Source: a bacterium (lineage in GTDB: Bacteria; Zhuqueibacterota; Zhuqueibacteria; Oceanimicrobiales; Oceanimicrobiaceae). From it: 54,237 nt of DNA. Where the stretch lies: the NCBI GenBank assembly GCA_046757165.1, contig JBHHXT010000010.1, forward strand, positions 1 to 54,237, read 5' to 3'. The position numbers and the translations under genes were made by a program. Position 1 is the stretch's first letter, and each line of letters begins with the position of its first letter. The notes beneath the pieces were generated by a model. It was not told the origin of the DNA. It did no database searches and saw nothing but the letters and a program-made list of their open reading frames with translations. This document shows positions 27,598 to 37,334 of this stretch, one piece after another.

Positions 27598-30255
27598 ATG
27601 AGAAATATTATGAAGTATGTATTCCACCTCAGTGTCATTTGGGTACTCATCGGGAGCACGTTTGGCTTCGGACAGACCGGCGAAAAGAGAGTTTATGTGA
27701 CCAGGCGAATCAATCCCCACCCGCCGGTTCTGGATGGGCGGCCAGAGGATATGGTTTGGCAGAAAGTCGAGTGGCAGGGTGAGTTTACGCAACGAGCACC
27801 GGACGACGGCGCCAGGCCGTCGCAAGAAAGCGCATTCAAGGTCCTCTATGATGATCATAACCTCTATGTCCTGATCCGGGCTTTTGACGCAGAGCCGGAC
27901 AAAATCGTTAGACGTGTCACCCGACGGGACGGATTCGAGGGCGACTGGGTTGGAATCCAGATCGACAGCTATTTTGACCATCGTACTGCATTTTCGTTTG
28001 CGGTCACGGCCGCAGGCGTAAAGGGCGATGTGGCGATTTCCAACGATGGCGATGACGAGGATAGCAACTGGGATCCTGTCTGGTTTGCAAAGGTGGCCAC
28101 CGATTCTCTCGGCTGGACAGCGGAAGTGCGAATTCCCTTTAGTCAACTGCGTTTTTCCAACCGTGAGGAGCAAATCTGGGGGTTTCAGGTGAGCCGCCGG
28201 CTGTTTCGAAAGGACGAGCGCTCCGTCTGGCAGTATGTCCCACGAAATTCCGGTGGCTGGGTGAGCTTTTTTGGCGAGCTGCACGGCATCAAAGGCATTC
28301 GGTCGGCGCGGCGGATTGAGCTTCTGCCGTACGGGGTTACCGATGTGCGCCGGCTCCCCAGGGAAGCCGGCAATCCCTTTGCGACCGGCCGGGAATCCAA
28401 CATCACTGGTGGGCTGGACGCCAAGATCGGGGTCTCCTCTGACTTGACGCTCGACGTGACCGTGAATCCGGATTTTGGCCAGGTGGAGGCGGATCCGTCT
28501 GAAGTCAACCTGACTGCCTTCGAAACCTTCTTTTCAGAGAAGCGACCATTCTTTATCGAGGGGCAGAACATTTTGGACTACCAGCTTATGGGAGGAGATG
28601 GACCGTTTTCAAACGACCGGCTTTTCTATTCACGCCGGGTCGGCCGCTCTCCGCAACACGAGCCTGATCTGAATGAGGAAGAGTACTCTACTCAGCCGGA
28701 CAACACCTCCATCGTCGCGGCCATGAAGTTGACCGGCAAAACAAAGGGCGGCTGGTCCATTGGCCTGCTGGAGGCCGTTACAGAGAAAGAAACAGCCCAA
28801 ATCGACCGGCACGGCGAGCGCAGTCAGGAAGTGGCCGAGCCCCTGACGAATTATCTTGTCGGTCGCGTCCAAAAAGATTATAACCAGGGCAATACCTCGG
28901 TGGGGGGCATGGTGACCGCGCTGCACCGGGACCTGTCGCAATCCCATCTCATGTTTCTCAACCGCGCTGCCTACTCTGGCGGCCTGGACTTCAGACATCA
29001 GTGGCAAAACAAAACCTACTACCTGAACGTGACCACGGCTTTCAGCCATATTCGGGGCGAGCGCGAGGCCATTACCACGGCACAGGAATCCTCCCGGCGA
29101 TATTTTCAACGCCCGGACGCAGATTACGTTACATTGGACACGACAAGAACGTCGCTTTCCGGATACGGCGGCATGGTTGATGTTGGGCGCGCCGGCAGCG
29201 GCAGAGTACGGGGCTCGGCAGGCTTTATGTGGCGCTCCCCGGGCCTCGAGCTGAACGATCTCGGCTTTTTGCGCCAGGCCGACCGTGTTATGCAATGGAC
29301 CTGGCTTGGCTACCGGGTGAACAATCCCTTCAGCATTTTTCGGCGGCTGAACGTGAATGTCAACCAATGGGCGGCCTGGAATTTTGGCGGCGAGAGCGTT
29401 TTCAAGGGAGGCAACGTCAACGGCGGCGGCCAGTTCAAGAATCACTGGCGTTTTTGGCTCGGCGCCGGCCGTAACGCCGCCGGCCTGTCTACCAGCGAGC
29501 TGCGCGGGGGTCCGGCTCTGAGAACGACCGGCCGCTGGAACCAGTGGTACCATCTTTCCACCGATGAACGCAGGGTTTACCAGGTCGGCTTCGGCGGCTC
29601 GAATAGCTGGGCAGACGATGGGGGCTCGCGCCGGCACAACATCCGGTTCTGGCTGAGCCTGCGGCCGCGCAACGCTATCAAACTGCGAATCAATCCGTTT
29701 TACACCTTCAACCGGGAAGACATGCAGTACGTGGACACCGTTGAACCAGAGGACGGCAATCCACGGTACATCTTCGGCCGGCTGCACCAGAAGACGCTCG
29801 GGATTACCTTCCGCCTCGATGTTAGCATCACGCCCACCCTGTCGATTCAGTACTATGGCCAGCCTTTTATCTCGGCTGGTACGTACTCCCAATTCAAGAG
29901 CACAACCAACGCGCGTGCGGCGGCGTACGAAGACCGATTCTACCGTTTTCAGGATGATGAGGTTCGACTCATCGAAACCGACGAGGGTCGGCAGGTCGAA
30001 ATTGTGCGAGATTCTCAGGGGGTGATAGATGAGTCCATCGACACACCGGATTTCAATTTCAGAGAATTTCGCTCCAATCTGGTGGTGCGCTGGGAATACA
30101 CGCCCGGCTCGACCATTTTCGCGGTCTGGTCACAGGAGCGCAACGGCGATGACTCCATTGGCCAGTTTTCGTTTAGCCGCGGCCTGGCTGACTTGTTTGA
30201 CGAAAGCCCGACGAATGTGTTTTTGATCAAAGTGAGCCGCTGGTTTTCGCTTTAG
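27598..30255 (+). CDS. DUF5916 family outer-membrane protein with N-terminal CBM9-like domain
   Basis: PPVLDG...W, YDDHNLY, WTAEVRIPFSQLRF, LDVTVNPDFGQVEAD, FETFFSEKRPFFIEG, LFYSRRVG, C-terminal FLIKVSRWF. Confidence 0.92.
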   Translation: MRNIMKYVFHLSVIWVLIGSTFGFGQTGEKRVYVTRRINPHPPVLDGRPEDMVWQKVEWQGEFTQRAPDDGARPSQESAFKVLYDDHNLYVLIRAFDAEPDKIVRRVTRRDGFEGDWVGIQIDSYFDHRTAFSFAVTAAGVKGDVAISNDGDDEDSNWDPVWFAKVATDSLGWTAEVRIPFSQLRFSNREEQIWGFQVSRRLFRKDERSVWQYVPRNSGGWVSFFGELHGIKGIRSARRIELLPYGVTDVRRLPREAGNPFATGRESNITGGLDAKIGVSSDLTLDVTVNPDFGQVEADPSEVNLTAFETFFSEKRPFFIEGQNILDYQLMGGDGPFSNDRLFYSRRVGRSPQHEPDLNEEEYSTQPDNTSIVAAMKLTGKTKGGWSIGLLEAVTEKETAQIDRHGERSQEVAEPLTNYLVGRVQKDYNQGNTSVGGMVTALHRDLSQSHLMFLNRAAYSGGLDFRHQWQNKTYYLNVTTAFSHIRGEREAITTAQESSRRYFQRPDADYVTLDTTRTSLSGYGGMVDVGRAGSGRVRGSAGFMWRSPGLELNDLGFLRQADRVMQWTWLGYRVNNPFSIFRRLNVNVNQWAAWNFGGESVFKGGNVNGGGQFKNHWRFWLGAGRNAAGLSTSELRGGPALRTTGRWNQWYHLSTDERRVYQVGFGGSNSWADDGGSRRHNIRFWLSLRPRNAIKLRINPFYTFNREDMQYVDTVEPEDGNPRYIFGRLHQKTLGITFRLDVSITPTLSIQYYGQPFISAGTYSQFKSTTNARAAAYEDRFYRFQDDEVRLIETDEGRQVEIVRDSQGVIDESIDTPDFNFREFRSNLVVRWEYTPGSTIFAVWSQERNGDDSIGQFSFSRGLADLFDESPTNVFLIKVSRWFSL

Positions 30256-30285
30256 TGGTGTGCAAATGGATGCTGATTCACTGCT

Positions 30286-30311
30286 CGTAGCCGCCACCCC
30301 TTGTGGGTGGC
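30286..30311. repeat. GTAG-type REP-like palindrome
   Basis: CGTAGCCGCCACCCCTTGTGGGTGGC. A related inverted copy lies at about 45045-45070 (reverse complement CGTAGCCCCGACCCCTTGTGGGTCGC). Confidence 0.65.
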
Positions 30312-30442
30312 CAAAACACGGTCAGAGACCGTGTTGGATCGCCGGTCCAGTCGGCGATTTTCTCGCTGTTCTGGCGGAAGGCTGTTATCTCCTCCCATGG
30401 TGATTCCTATTCCTGGCACGGTGAGACCGCAGCTTAAGCCGT

Positions 30443-30528
30443 AACCGCGAATGAACGCTAATGCCCGCGAATGGGAAAAATCGGGTGAAAAACAATTAGT
30501 TAGCGTGAATTGGCGTTCATCGGCGGTT
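30443..30528. repeat. Inverted 9-mer-period hairpin element overlapping the glgA stop codon
   Basis: AACCGCGAATGAACGCTAAT pairs with ATTGGCGTTCATCGGCGGTT (17/20). Related half-elements at 27257-27285 and about 45100-45131. Confidence 0.7.
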
Positions 30529-32013
30529 TGTTGTCACCGGCTTCTCCGCTAGCAGGGGAAGATAGATCTTCTCGATATATTCTCTTGCGGACGTCGACCA
30601 CAGGAATCGTTCCTTGAATGCTCTCCTCTGCATGTCCCTGAAGCCCTCGCTATTGCTGGTCCAAAGCTGCAAGGCCAGGTTAACGGTTTCGAGCAAGTTG
30701 CGAAGCAGTTGTTTTCGATTCTTGCCGTCGAATCCAAATCCCGTGCCGTCGGGAGCGGTATGAGGTTTGACCGTATCAACCAGCCCTCCGGTCCACCGGA
30801 CCAATGGCGGGGTTGCGTGGCTGAGCGACTCCACTTGCGTGATGCCGCACGGCTCGAACAGGCTTGGCATCAGGAAGACGTCGCTGCCGAGACTGATCTG
30901 TTTCGCCTTTTCCCGGTCAAAGGCAAGGGTGGCAGAACAATTCGGCCGGTTTGCAAACTTCCGTAGAAAGCGCTCATATTTCGGCAAGCCAGTGGCGATG
31001 ATCGCAACATTGACGCCAGGAATATCGAGGATATGCTGCAGGACCGGCTTGCCGTCCACCCGCTCCGTCAAGAGCTTGAATTTTTGCTCGACGGCGCGGC
31101 CCACAAAACCCAGAAGAAACGCCTCCGGGTTGGTGAACGCCCTGCCCAAAGCCTGCTTCAATTGCGCTTTCTCTGACAGGATTGCTTTGAATTTCTTGTC
31201 GGTGGGCGTGAATTGGTATTCATACCCGTTCAGGATACCGACCAGCCTTCCGGCGCGATGCAGTTTTCTCGTCACCTCGTGCAGCCCCTTGCCACCTTCG
31301 AAATATGTGCGCTTGTTTTCTGGCAGCGTAATCTCCCGGCAATAATTTTGGCTTACCGTGTTTGCCCTGTCCGCGAGCTCCAGCCCCAGGCGCAGCGCAT
31401 TGACGCTGTTCCAGGCGGGTCGTGGATCCACGAAAGCCCGGCCGACACTTTTGTGGTTCAGAATCTTTTCCAGTTGCCAGCCTTTGACGACCTCCTTGCC
31501 GATGTTGCCCTGATAGCCAATATTGTGCACGGTTAGCACGCGCCGGGGCCGCATGTTTTCCATCACCATGCGCGCCAAAAGGTAGCCCAGGCCCCAGTCA
31601 TTGACATGCACAATATCCGGGTGTTTGTCCTTGATCAGGCCCAGACATGCTTCAGAGAAAAATGAAAATCGCAGCGCGTCATCAAAGAAAGGAATCTTGT
31701 CGCTGTAGATATAAGGCTCCGAATACGCACCCTCGAAGTATGTCTGGTTTTTCACAAAGTTGACCGGCACGCCGTTTGAGACCGTCTGAAAGATTTCAAC
31801 CATCTCCCGTTTGCCATGAAACTGCAATCGGACCTTGCTTACGTAACGCGCATCAGCAGGGAGATCGATGCGGCCGTAGAGTGGCGTGACAATCTCGATG
31901 TCGACGTTGCGGTTTGCCCGTTTGAGGGCAACCGGCAGCTCGCCGGCAACATCCCCGACGCCGCCGACTTGTGAAAAAGGCTTACATTCTACCGCCAGGT
32001 AAAGAACCTTCAT
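30517..32013 (-). CDS. glgA: Glycogen/starch synthase (GT5)
   Basis: MKVLYLAVECKPFSQVGGVGDV, HVNDW, LTVHNIGYQG, GILNG, LMPSLFEPCGITQ, TGGLVDTV. Confidence 0.88.
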   Translation of the reverse strand: MKVLYLAVECKPFSQVGGVGDVAGELPVALKRANRNVDIEIVTPLYGRIDLPADARYVSKVRLQFHGKREMVEIFQTVSNGVPVNFVKNQTYFEGAYSEPYIYSDKIPFFDDALRFSFFSEACLGLIKDKHPDIVHVNDWGLGYLLARMVMENMRPRRVLTVHNIGYQGNIGKEVVKGWQLEKILNHKSVGRAFVDPRPAWNSVNALRLGLELADRANTVSQNYCREITLPENKRTYFEGGKGLHEVTRKLHRAGRLVGILNGYEYQFTPTDKKFKAILSEKAQLKQALGRAFTNPEAFLLGFVGRAVEQKFKLLTERVDGKPVLQHILDIPGVNVAIIATGLPKYERFLRKFANRPNCSATLAFDREKAKQISLGSDVFLMPSLFEPCGITQVESLSHATPPLVRWTGGLVDTVKPHTAPDGTGFGFDGKNRKQLLRNLLETVNLALQLWTSNSEGFRDMQRRAFKERFLWSTSAREYIEKIYLPLLAEKPVTTNRR

Positions 32014-32043
32014 TTTTCTCCTGTTTGGAGGCAGGTGTTTGGA

Positions 32044-32421
32044 CTGTAGGCTGTTAGGCTGTTAGCCTGTTTGGTTTTGCGCAATGCTCTAATCAAAGCG
32101 CCTGATTTTTCCCCAGACTTCGCTTTGAAAAAAGTCATTTAGCGCTTCGCGCGTCATTTGCCCTGCGCGCGTCATTTGGTCATTGTTTGCTCAATGATGC
32201 CCTCTTCTGAAACCATTGACAACACGTAAGGAGTGAAATGCTTTAGCATTTCATGCAACGCTAAAGCGTTGCACTCCTTTTTGTTCCGTTAAGATATGCA
32301 TAATCAAATACTCATATGAATACGTGCTAATCTCTTGAGAATAATCCAGGCTAAAACCTTTTCAGTCTCTACCATTCATATTCGTTTTCCTACAGCCTAA
32401 AAGTCTACAGCCTACGGCCTG
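32044..32421. repeat. Composite intergenic element: TAGGCTG and CTACAGCC arms enclosing a GGAG-REP doublet at 32230-32277
   Basis: Arms at 32044-32071 and 32390-32421. Internal GGAGTGAAATGCTTTAGCATTTCA joined directly to TGCAACGCTAAAGCGTTGCACTCC. Confidence 0.7.
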
Positions 32422-32464
32422 AATAGTCAACCTTCTAGAAAGCCAAATTAATAACGCACAGTCC

Positions 32465-32974
32465 TTAGAGCGGTGGGTATTTCTCAAAGACCTTGGCAAT
32501 CGCCTCGTTGATCTTCTCTTCATTCCCCTCCGGATGGCCGACCACCCCCTGCGCTGCACCGCGCCAGACCAGTTGCTTCATCTCAGGATCGACCACGTCG
32601 ATGATGATCGTTCCTTCTTTGTAGCGATGCACATGCACGTGCCGGTGCCAGTAGCCGTAGCCATAGCGATCGATTTCAACCCGCTGCTGCATACCGACGT
32701 GGTAAGACAGAAGCGCGTCTGCTTTGCCTCGCTCGATGATCTCGTAGCCTTTGGCCTCCAGCTCCCGCTCGACAGCACGACGAATTTTCTTGTCCAGCAG
32801 CGAGTTTCTCGGCACGCTGCCTTTCTTGCGTTTTTGGGGATTCGGCATCCATTTGAAGGTCTGGTAATTGGAAAAATTGGCTTCGCGGTCAAAGTCGGTC
32901 CTGACGGAAATGGGTGAGCAGCTCAGCCAGCCCAGGGCCAGGCAGGCGCCAAGGAAACCACTCGTCTTTCGCAT
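32465..32974 (-). CDS. DUF4136 domain lipoprotein
   Basis: AGGAGG RBS, lipobox WLSC, VRTDFD...FSNYQTFKW, YKEGTIIIDVVD...LVWRG, FEKYPP. Confidence 0.93.
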   Translation of the reverse strand: MRKTSGFLGACLALGWLSCSPISVRTDFDREANFSNYQTFKWMPNPQKRKKGSVPRNSLLDKKIRRAVERELEAKGYEIIERGKADALLSYHVGMQQRVEIDRYGYGYWHRHVHVHRYKEGTIIIDVVDPEMKQLVWRGAAQGVVGHPEGNEEKINEAIAKVFEKYPPL

Positions 32975-33577
32975 AATGTATCCTCCTATTTGTTAATACT
33001 TAAGCCGGACGAGCCGGAACCAAAAGGTTTCTTGAGAAGTTTAGAAAAAGATCCGTCGCTGTAACTTACATAATAGCGTCATCAGCAGCCCTGAGCTGTA
33101 GGCAAGCAATGGAAATAATAGCACCAAACCCAAAAGGTATAAGAATATGGCAAGAAAATGTGCATCGACGCAAGCGAAAATTACCAGGATTGACGGTACC
33201 TGCGGCCCGGGATTTCCGTTTCTCCGAACAACCCGGTGAAATCCGAAGCCAGCCACAAGCAGACCTACTCAAAGAAGGCAGGCATCTTGCGGCGCCGAAA
33301 AAGTTGCGATGAACCACAGCAGGAGAGTTGGAAACCGGCACCCTCAAAAGGGGTCGGTTTCTCAACGCAGCCCTGCACAAACCATGAATAAGGAGGTGAG
33401 GCCCCAGTTCTGAGAGGACAAGATTGAGTTTGCCAACAAGACACCTATGAGAATCCACAGGAGACTGCACCATGGAAAACCAAACACCACGTGGACGACT
33501 TCAGAATGATGATGACGACGACGATGGGATGAGGACAAGCCCCCAACTTCAGCGCCAACACCCGGGGCTCTGGCAAT

Positions 33578-33792
33578 CTGCCAGGCGAGTTTGCCCAGGC
33601 GCAGAACCACCCGAACCCCTTCTATCCGGCCACACCCATTCGCTTTTCGGTCCCGGAAACTGGTGAAGTCAAACTGTCAGTTTTCAACCTGGCGGCCGCC
33701 CGGATTTCCGCGACGCCAAAGTAGCGAACGGCGTCTACCAGCTCAAAGCCAAAGGGTTTGTGGCGATCCGGAAGTTGATTTTGACGAAGTAG
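33578..33792 (+). pseudogene. Frameshifted remnant of a T9SS type A / FlgD-Ig C-terminal domain gene
   Basis: One frame reads LPGEFAQAQNHPNPFYPATPIRFSVPETGEVKLSVFNL and then stops. A shifted frame continues VANGVYQLKAKGFVAIRKLILTK*. The domain middle is missing. Confidence 0.75.
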
Positions 33793-34526
33793 AAATACAA
33801 GCGGATCAACAGAATCAAATTAATTGCCAGGCACATCGAAAGTGCCTGGCAATTCAATGGTCAATTTGCACCAGTGAGCACAAAGTGGTTTAGAACTTAT
33901 TGTTCATCAAAGACAAGTCTTCGAACATTTGTAAATATACACTTTATCTTTTCTCAACTTGGAACGATTGCTCAATACCTACCCTATGGAGTCATTGTCA
34001 ATATTCAGAAATGGGAGAAACATCTTCACTGTCGCCCATCGAACTCACCATACTCAATAACAGAAAAATGAACCATAAAGTCAACAATATAGGTTTTGAA
34101 ATGACATCTACCTTCACCGGTTCGGTAAGGTGTGCCATCGTTCTCCGGTGCCGTCCGCCGATAAATGCCTTCTGGCGAAAGTTACAGGTTGAGCCCCGAC
34201 AGAATCAATTACATGGTTTCGTGAGAGAAGTGCGCGTTAGATCAACTCTAAATGAATAGTGGTCGTCAACGGCGAACACGACAAGCAATTGAACCTCTAC
34301 ATGCCACTGGAGGGCGTGATGGACACGGAGGTCCGAGTAGTTGGTTCACGGGCGGGCGGCGCCGCCAACACCGGCCAGCAGGTCGTGCTGCTGCGGAAGG
34401 CGATGGTGCCGCCCGCTGATTTTTCTCTGGATGGAGCGAAGAATCACTAAGTAACTAACAATTAAGAAGTAATAACATACACTCAATCCAGGCGAAGTGC
34501 CTGGCAGAGTGGGGAGGGTTTGTATC

Positions 34527-35975
34527 ATGCCAAAAAAATACCCTGAGTTCAATCCCAGAGTTCTGACCAATCGAAGTGATGCTCCGAATCTCAAAGACAG
34601 CAACCCCGCGGTTGAAAAGGTCGTTGCCTCTTTTTCCAGAATCGGGACATCGGGGAGCTATTTGGCGGCGCGCGATGGCGGGCAGATTCGTGGCTTGAGA
34701 TACACTGCAAGTGTTCTGAACAAACTGGGTATTCAGAATCATTTTCAGGGCGTGCAACGATTGCATGCTGGCAACTACATGGTCGTGTCGGGAGGGGACC
34801 CACATGAACCGATGGCGCATTTGTTTGTCTTCAAAATGGGGTCCCGTCGGAGGCACGGAAGCTGGAATTCCAACATCATAACAGGCGAATCTCCACCGGC
34901 GCAGGACAAGCTGGTGCGGACGGTCAGCATTGATCGGAAACGGTGGCATGCCGGAGGACTCAGCGTTCTCGGTGACATCCTGGCAGTCCCAATCTACTCA
35001 AAAGAGCCTGACGATTGCAAAATCGTATTTTATCATATGGCTGATCCCGAAAATCCCGAGCTTTTCGACGTTACGATTGACCGGCCGGGCGTGCGTGCCG
35101 GCGCAGTGGCCATGACCAAACTCCCAGGCGGCAGGTTTCTTGTTGCGGTCTGGAGCGATAGTGATCACCTCGAGCGCCGCCTGGACTTCTATCTGTCTAA
35201 ATCTACCGACATTTTTGAGGGCTTTGAGCCGCGGGCGCTGACCTGGCCCGCATCCGAGGCGAGAGCCAGAAACGGCAGACCGACCCGGTTTGAGAATTAT
35301 CAGACAGTCAACCTTATCAATCAAGCCGATGGCAGACTTTACGTGGTTGGCTTGCACAATACTTCTGACAAAGCGCCGACTTTGAAAGGAAAAGACTACG
35401 CCGACCTCTGGGAGATCAAGTTTCCCGAGCAGAGCATCCTGCAAGATAGACCGGTACTGAGCAAACCCAGGGTCGTCAAAATGCGCAAGCTTCGGTTTGA
35501 TGACACCGGCCAGCAGAGCAACATGGATGGCGCCGCCGGGGTTCACATCGACCGCGATGGCACGCTCAATATTTATGCGACTTACCACTGGCGCAGCGAC
35601 GGGTTGCTCAATTTCGTCGAATACAAAGAAAAACCGCCTGTGTCACGCCGTCCGATCACTGTTGTCAACGAGGCCTGGATCGACATGTATGAGCACGATG
35701 ACTTTTCCGGCAAGAGCATGAGTCTGCAGGGCCGCCGCCACACCGATCTCAGAGACTACAAGAGAATCAACGTCGCCGGAGAGGACTTTGGCGACACCAT
35801 TTCTTCAGTGCGGTTTCAGCTCCCGCAAGGCAAAACGTACAGGCTGTTTGAGCACTCAAACTTTCGTGGCAAGCATCTTGATTTGAGGGGAACTGGCAAG
35901 GTTATCGAAATCAACGACTTCGACCAATTCAATTTCGATAACAAGGTGTCATCGTCGCAATTCCTCGACGCCTAA
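34527..35975 (+). CDS. Protein with a C-terminal beta/gamma-crystallin domain and unassigned N-terminal domain
   Basis: GGGAGG RBS. WIDMYEHDDFSG...GDTISSVRF and YRLFEHSNFRG...FDNKVSS Greek-key motifs. Confidence 0.8.
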   Translation: MPKKYPEFNPRVLTNRSDAPNLKDSNPAVEKVVASFSRIGTSGSYLAARDGGQIRGLRYTASVLNKLGIQNHFQGVQRLHAGNYMVVSGGDPHEPMAHLFVFKMGSRRRHGSWNSNIITGESPPAQDKLVRTVSIDRKRWHAGGLSVLGDILAVPIYSKEPDDCKIVFYHMADPENPELFDVTIDRPGVRAGAVAMTKLPGGRFLVAVWSDSDHLERRLDFYLSKSTDIFEGFEPRALTWPASEARARNGRPTRFENYQTVNLINQADGRLYVVGLHNTSDKAPTLKGKDYADLWEIKFPEQSILQDRPVLSKPRVVKMRKLRFDDTGQQSNMDGAAGVHIDRDGTLNIYATYHWRSDGLLNFVEYKEKPPVSRRPITVVNEAWIDMYEHDDFSGKSMSLQGRRHTDLRDYKRINVAGEDFGDTISSVRFQLPQGKTYRLFEHSNFRGKHLDLRGTGKVIEINDFDQFNFDNKVSSSQFLDA

Positions 35976-36004
35976 GAACGTACAGCTCACCTCTCCACAT
36001 CCGT

Positions 36005-36042
36005 AAAAAAGCATTGACATTGCGTCGATGCTTTTTTACTTT
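36005..36042 (+). promoter_or_regulatory. Sigma70 promoter embedded in a terminator-like hairpin
   Basis: TTGACA (36014-36019), 17 bp, TACTTT (36037-36042). AAAAAAGCAT...ATGCTTTTTT stem. ATG at 36052 has no RBS. Confidence 0.6.
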
Positions 36043-36051
36043 ATCCGCGCC

Positions 36052-36663
36052 ATGTCTGGCTACGAACCATTTCACACCATCGCTGCGGAAACAACAGAGG
36101 AGATTGTTGTCAAGGGGTCGCGATTCGTTGCACGTGCCGCGCCTGCCGGCGAGAAAGAACAGGCCGAGCAGTACATCGCAGCCATTTCGAGCCGGTTTCA
36201 CGATGCGACGCACAACTGTTTTGCTTTCAAAATCGGGGTGGGCGACCAGGCTGTCTTCCGGTTTGGCGATGCCGGGGAACCTTCCGGCACCGCAGGCCGG
36301 CCGATTTTGCAGGCGATTGAAAACAAGAACTTGACCAATCTCAGTGTGGTCGTGACTCGCTATTTCGGTGGCACCAAACTCGGCACCGGGGGGCTGATTC
36401 GCGCTTACAGCGCCGCGGCGCTTACTGCTTTGAACAGGGCCAAGATCACGGTGCATTTTCCCCAGACAGTCATTACCTTGAAGTTCGCGTATTCCATGAC
36501 CAACCCTGTGCACCAGGTGGTAGAAAAGTTCGGCGCAAAGATTTTGGCAACTCGGTTCGAAGACCAGACCTTTTATCGTGTTCGAGTGAAAGCATCAGAA
36601 GAAGAAAAGTTCAAGGAAGAGCTGCTGAACTTGACCTCTGGCAAGATTTCGCTCATACCATGA
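36052..36663 (+). CDS. yigZ: YigZ/IMPACT family protein
   Basis: KGSRF, HDATHNCFA, DAGEPSGTAG, VVVTRYFGGTKLGTGGLIRAY. Confidence 0.93.
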   Translation: MSGYEPFHTIAAETTEEIVVKGSRFVARAAPAGEKEQAEQYIAAISSRFHDATHNCFAFKIGVGDQAVFRFGDAGEPSGTAGRPILQAIENKNLTNLSVVVTRYFGGTKLGTGGLIRAYSAAALTALNRAKITVHFPQTVITLKFAYSMTNPVHQVVEKFGAKILATRFEDQTFYRVRVKASEEEKFKEELLNLTSGKISLIP

Positions 36664-37295
36664 GAATCACAGAAATCTACCATTCTATTCAGGGGGAATC
36701 CAGCTTTGCCGGCCTGCCATGCGTTTTTGTCAGAACCACCGGATGTAACCTGCGGTGCGTCTGGTGCGACACAGAATACGCTTTTTACGGCGGGGAAGAT
36801 TTGGCACTGGAGGAAATCGTTGCCAGAATAGGCGGTTTCGCGTGCCGGCTGGTTGAGATTACCGGTGGAGAACCACTGCTGCAGAAGGAAGTGCCAGAAT
36901 TAGCTCATCGGCTCCTGCAGAAAGAGTACACAGTGCTGGTTGAGACCTCTGGCGAGCGCGATATCTCCGTGCTGGACAAGCGGGTCATCAAGATCATGGA
37001 CATCAAGTGTCCGGGCAGCGGTGAGTCTGAACGCAACCGCTGGCAGAACCTCGAGCACCTGACCGCGAAAGATGAGGTCAAGTTTGTGATAACGGACCGC
37101 GAGGATTATGATTGGTCACGGGAGGTCATCAAAGAATATCGTTTGCAGGAACGCACCAACATTTTGCTTTCAGTTGTCTCTGGTGAGCTCGACCGGGCAG
37201 ACCTGGCAGCCTGGATGCTGCAAGACGGCCTCAACGCACGCTTTCAAATTCAGCTCCACAAAGTCATCTGGTCGCCGGCAAGCAGAGGGGTTTAG
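36660..37295 (+). CDS. queE: 7-carboxy-7-deazaguanine synthase (radical SAM)
   Basis: EIYHSIQGE, FVRTTGCNLRCVWCDT, TGGEPL, VETSG, KFVI, QLHK. Confidence 0.93.
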   Translation: MRITEIYHSIQGESSFAGLPCVFVRTTGCNLRCVWCDTEYAFYGGEDLALEEIVARIGGFACRLVEITGGEPLLQKEVPELAHRLLQKEYTVLVETSGERDISVLDKRVIKIMDIKCPGSGESERNRWQNLEHLTAKDEVKFVITDREDYDWSREVIKEYRLQERTNILLSVVSGELDRADLAAWMLQDGLNARFQIQLHKVIWSPASRGV

Positions 37296-37334
37296 GGAAT
37301 CGATAATCGATGATCGACAATCGATAATTTGATT

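Noticed and set aside
28630..29892. 420-aa antisense ORF (also 27586-28284 and 13439-14413)
   Set aside because: These lie opposite well-supported genes and are typical reverse-frame shadows.
33041..33473. Short ORFs in the 33.0-33.5 kb gap
   Set aside because: No RBS or motif support, and they overlap each other. Probably promoter or decayed DNA.
36660..37295. queE as part of a 7-deazaguanine DNA-modification (dpd) defence island
   Set aside because: No dpdA/tgt-like, queC, queD or folE neighbours. The context is housekeeping.
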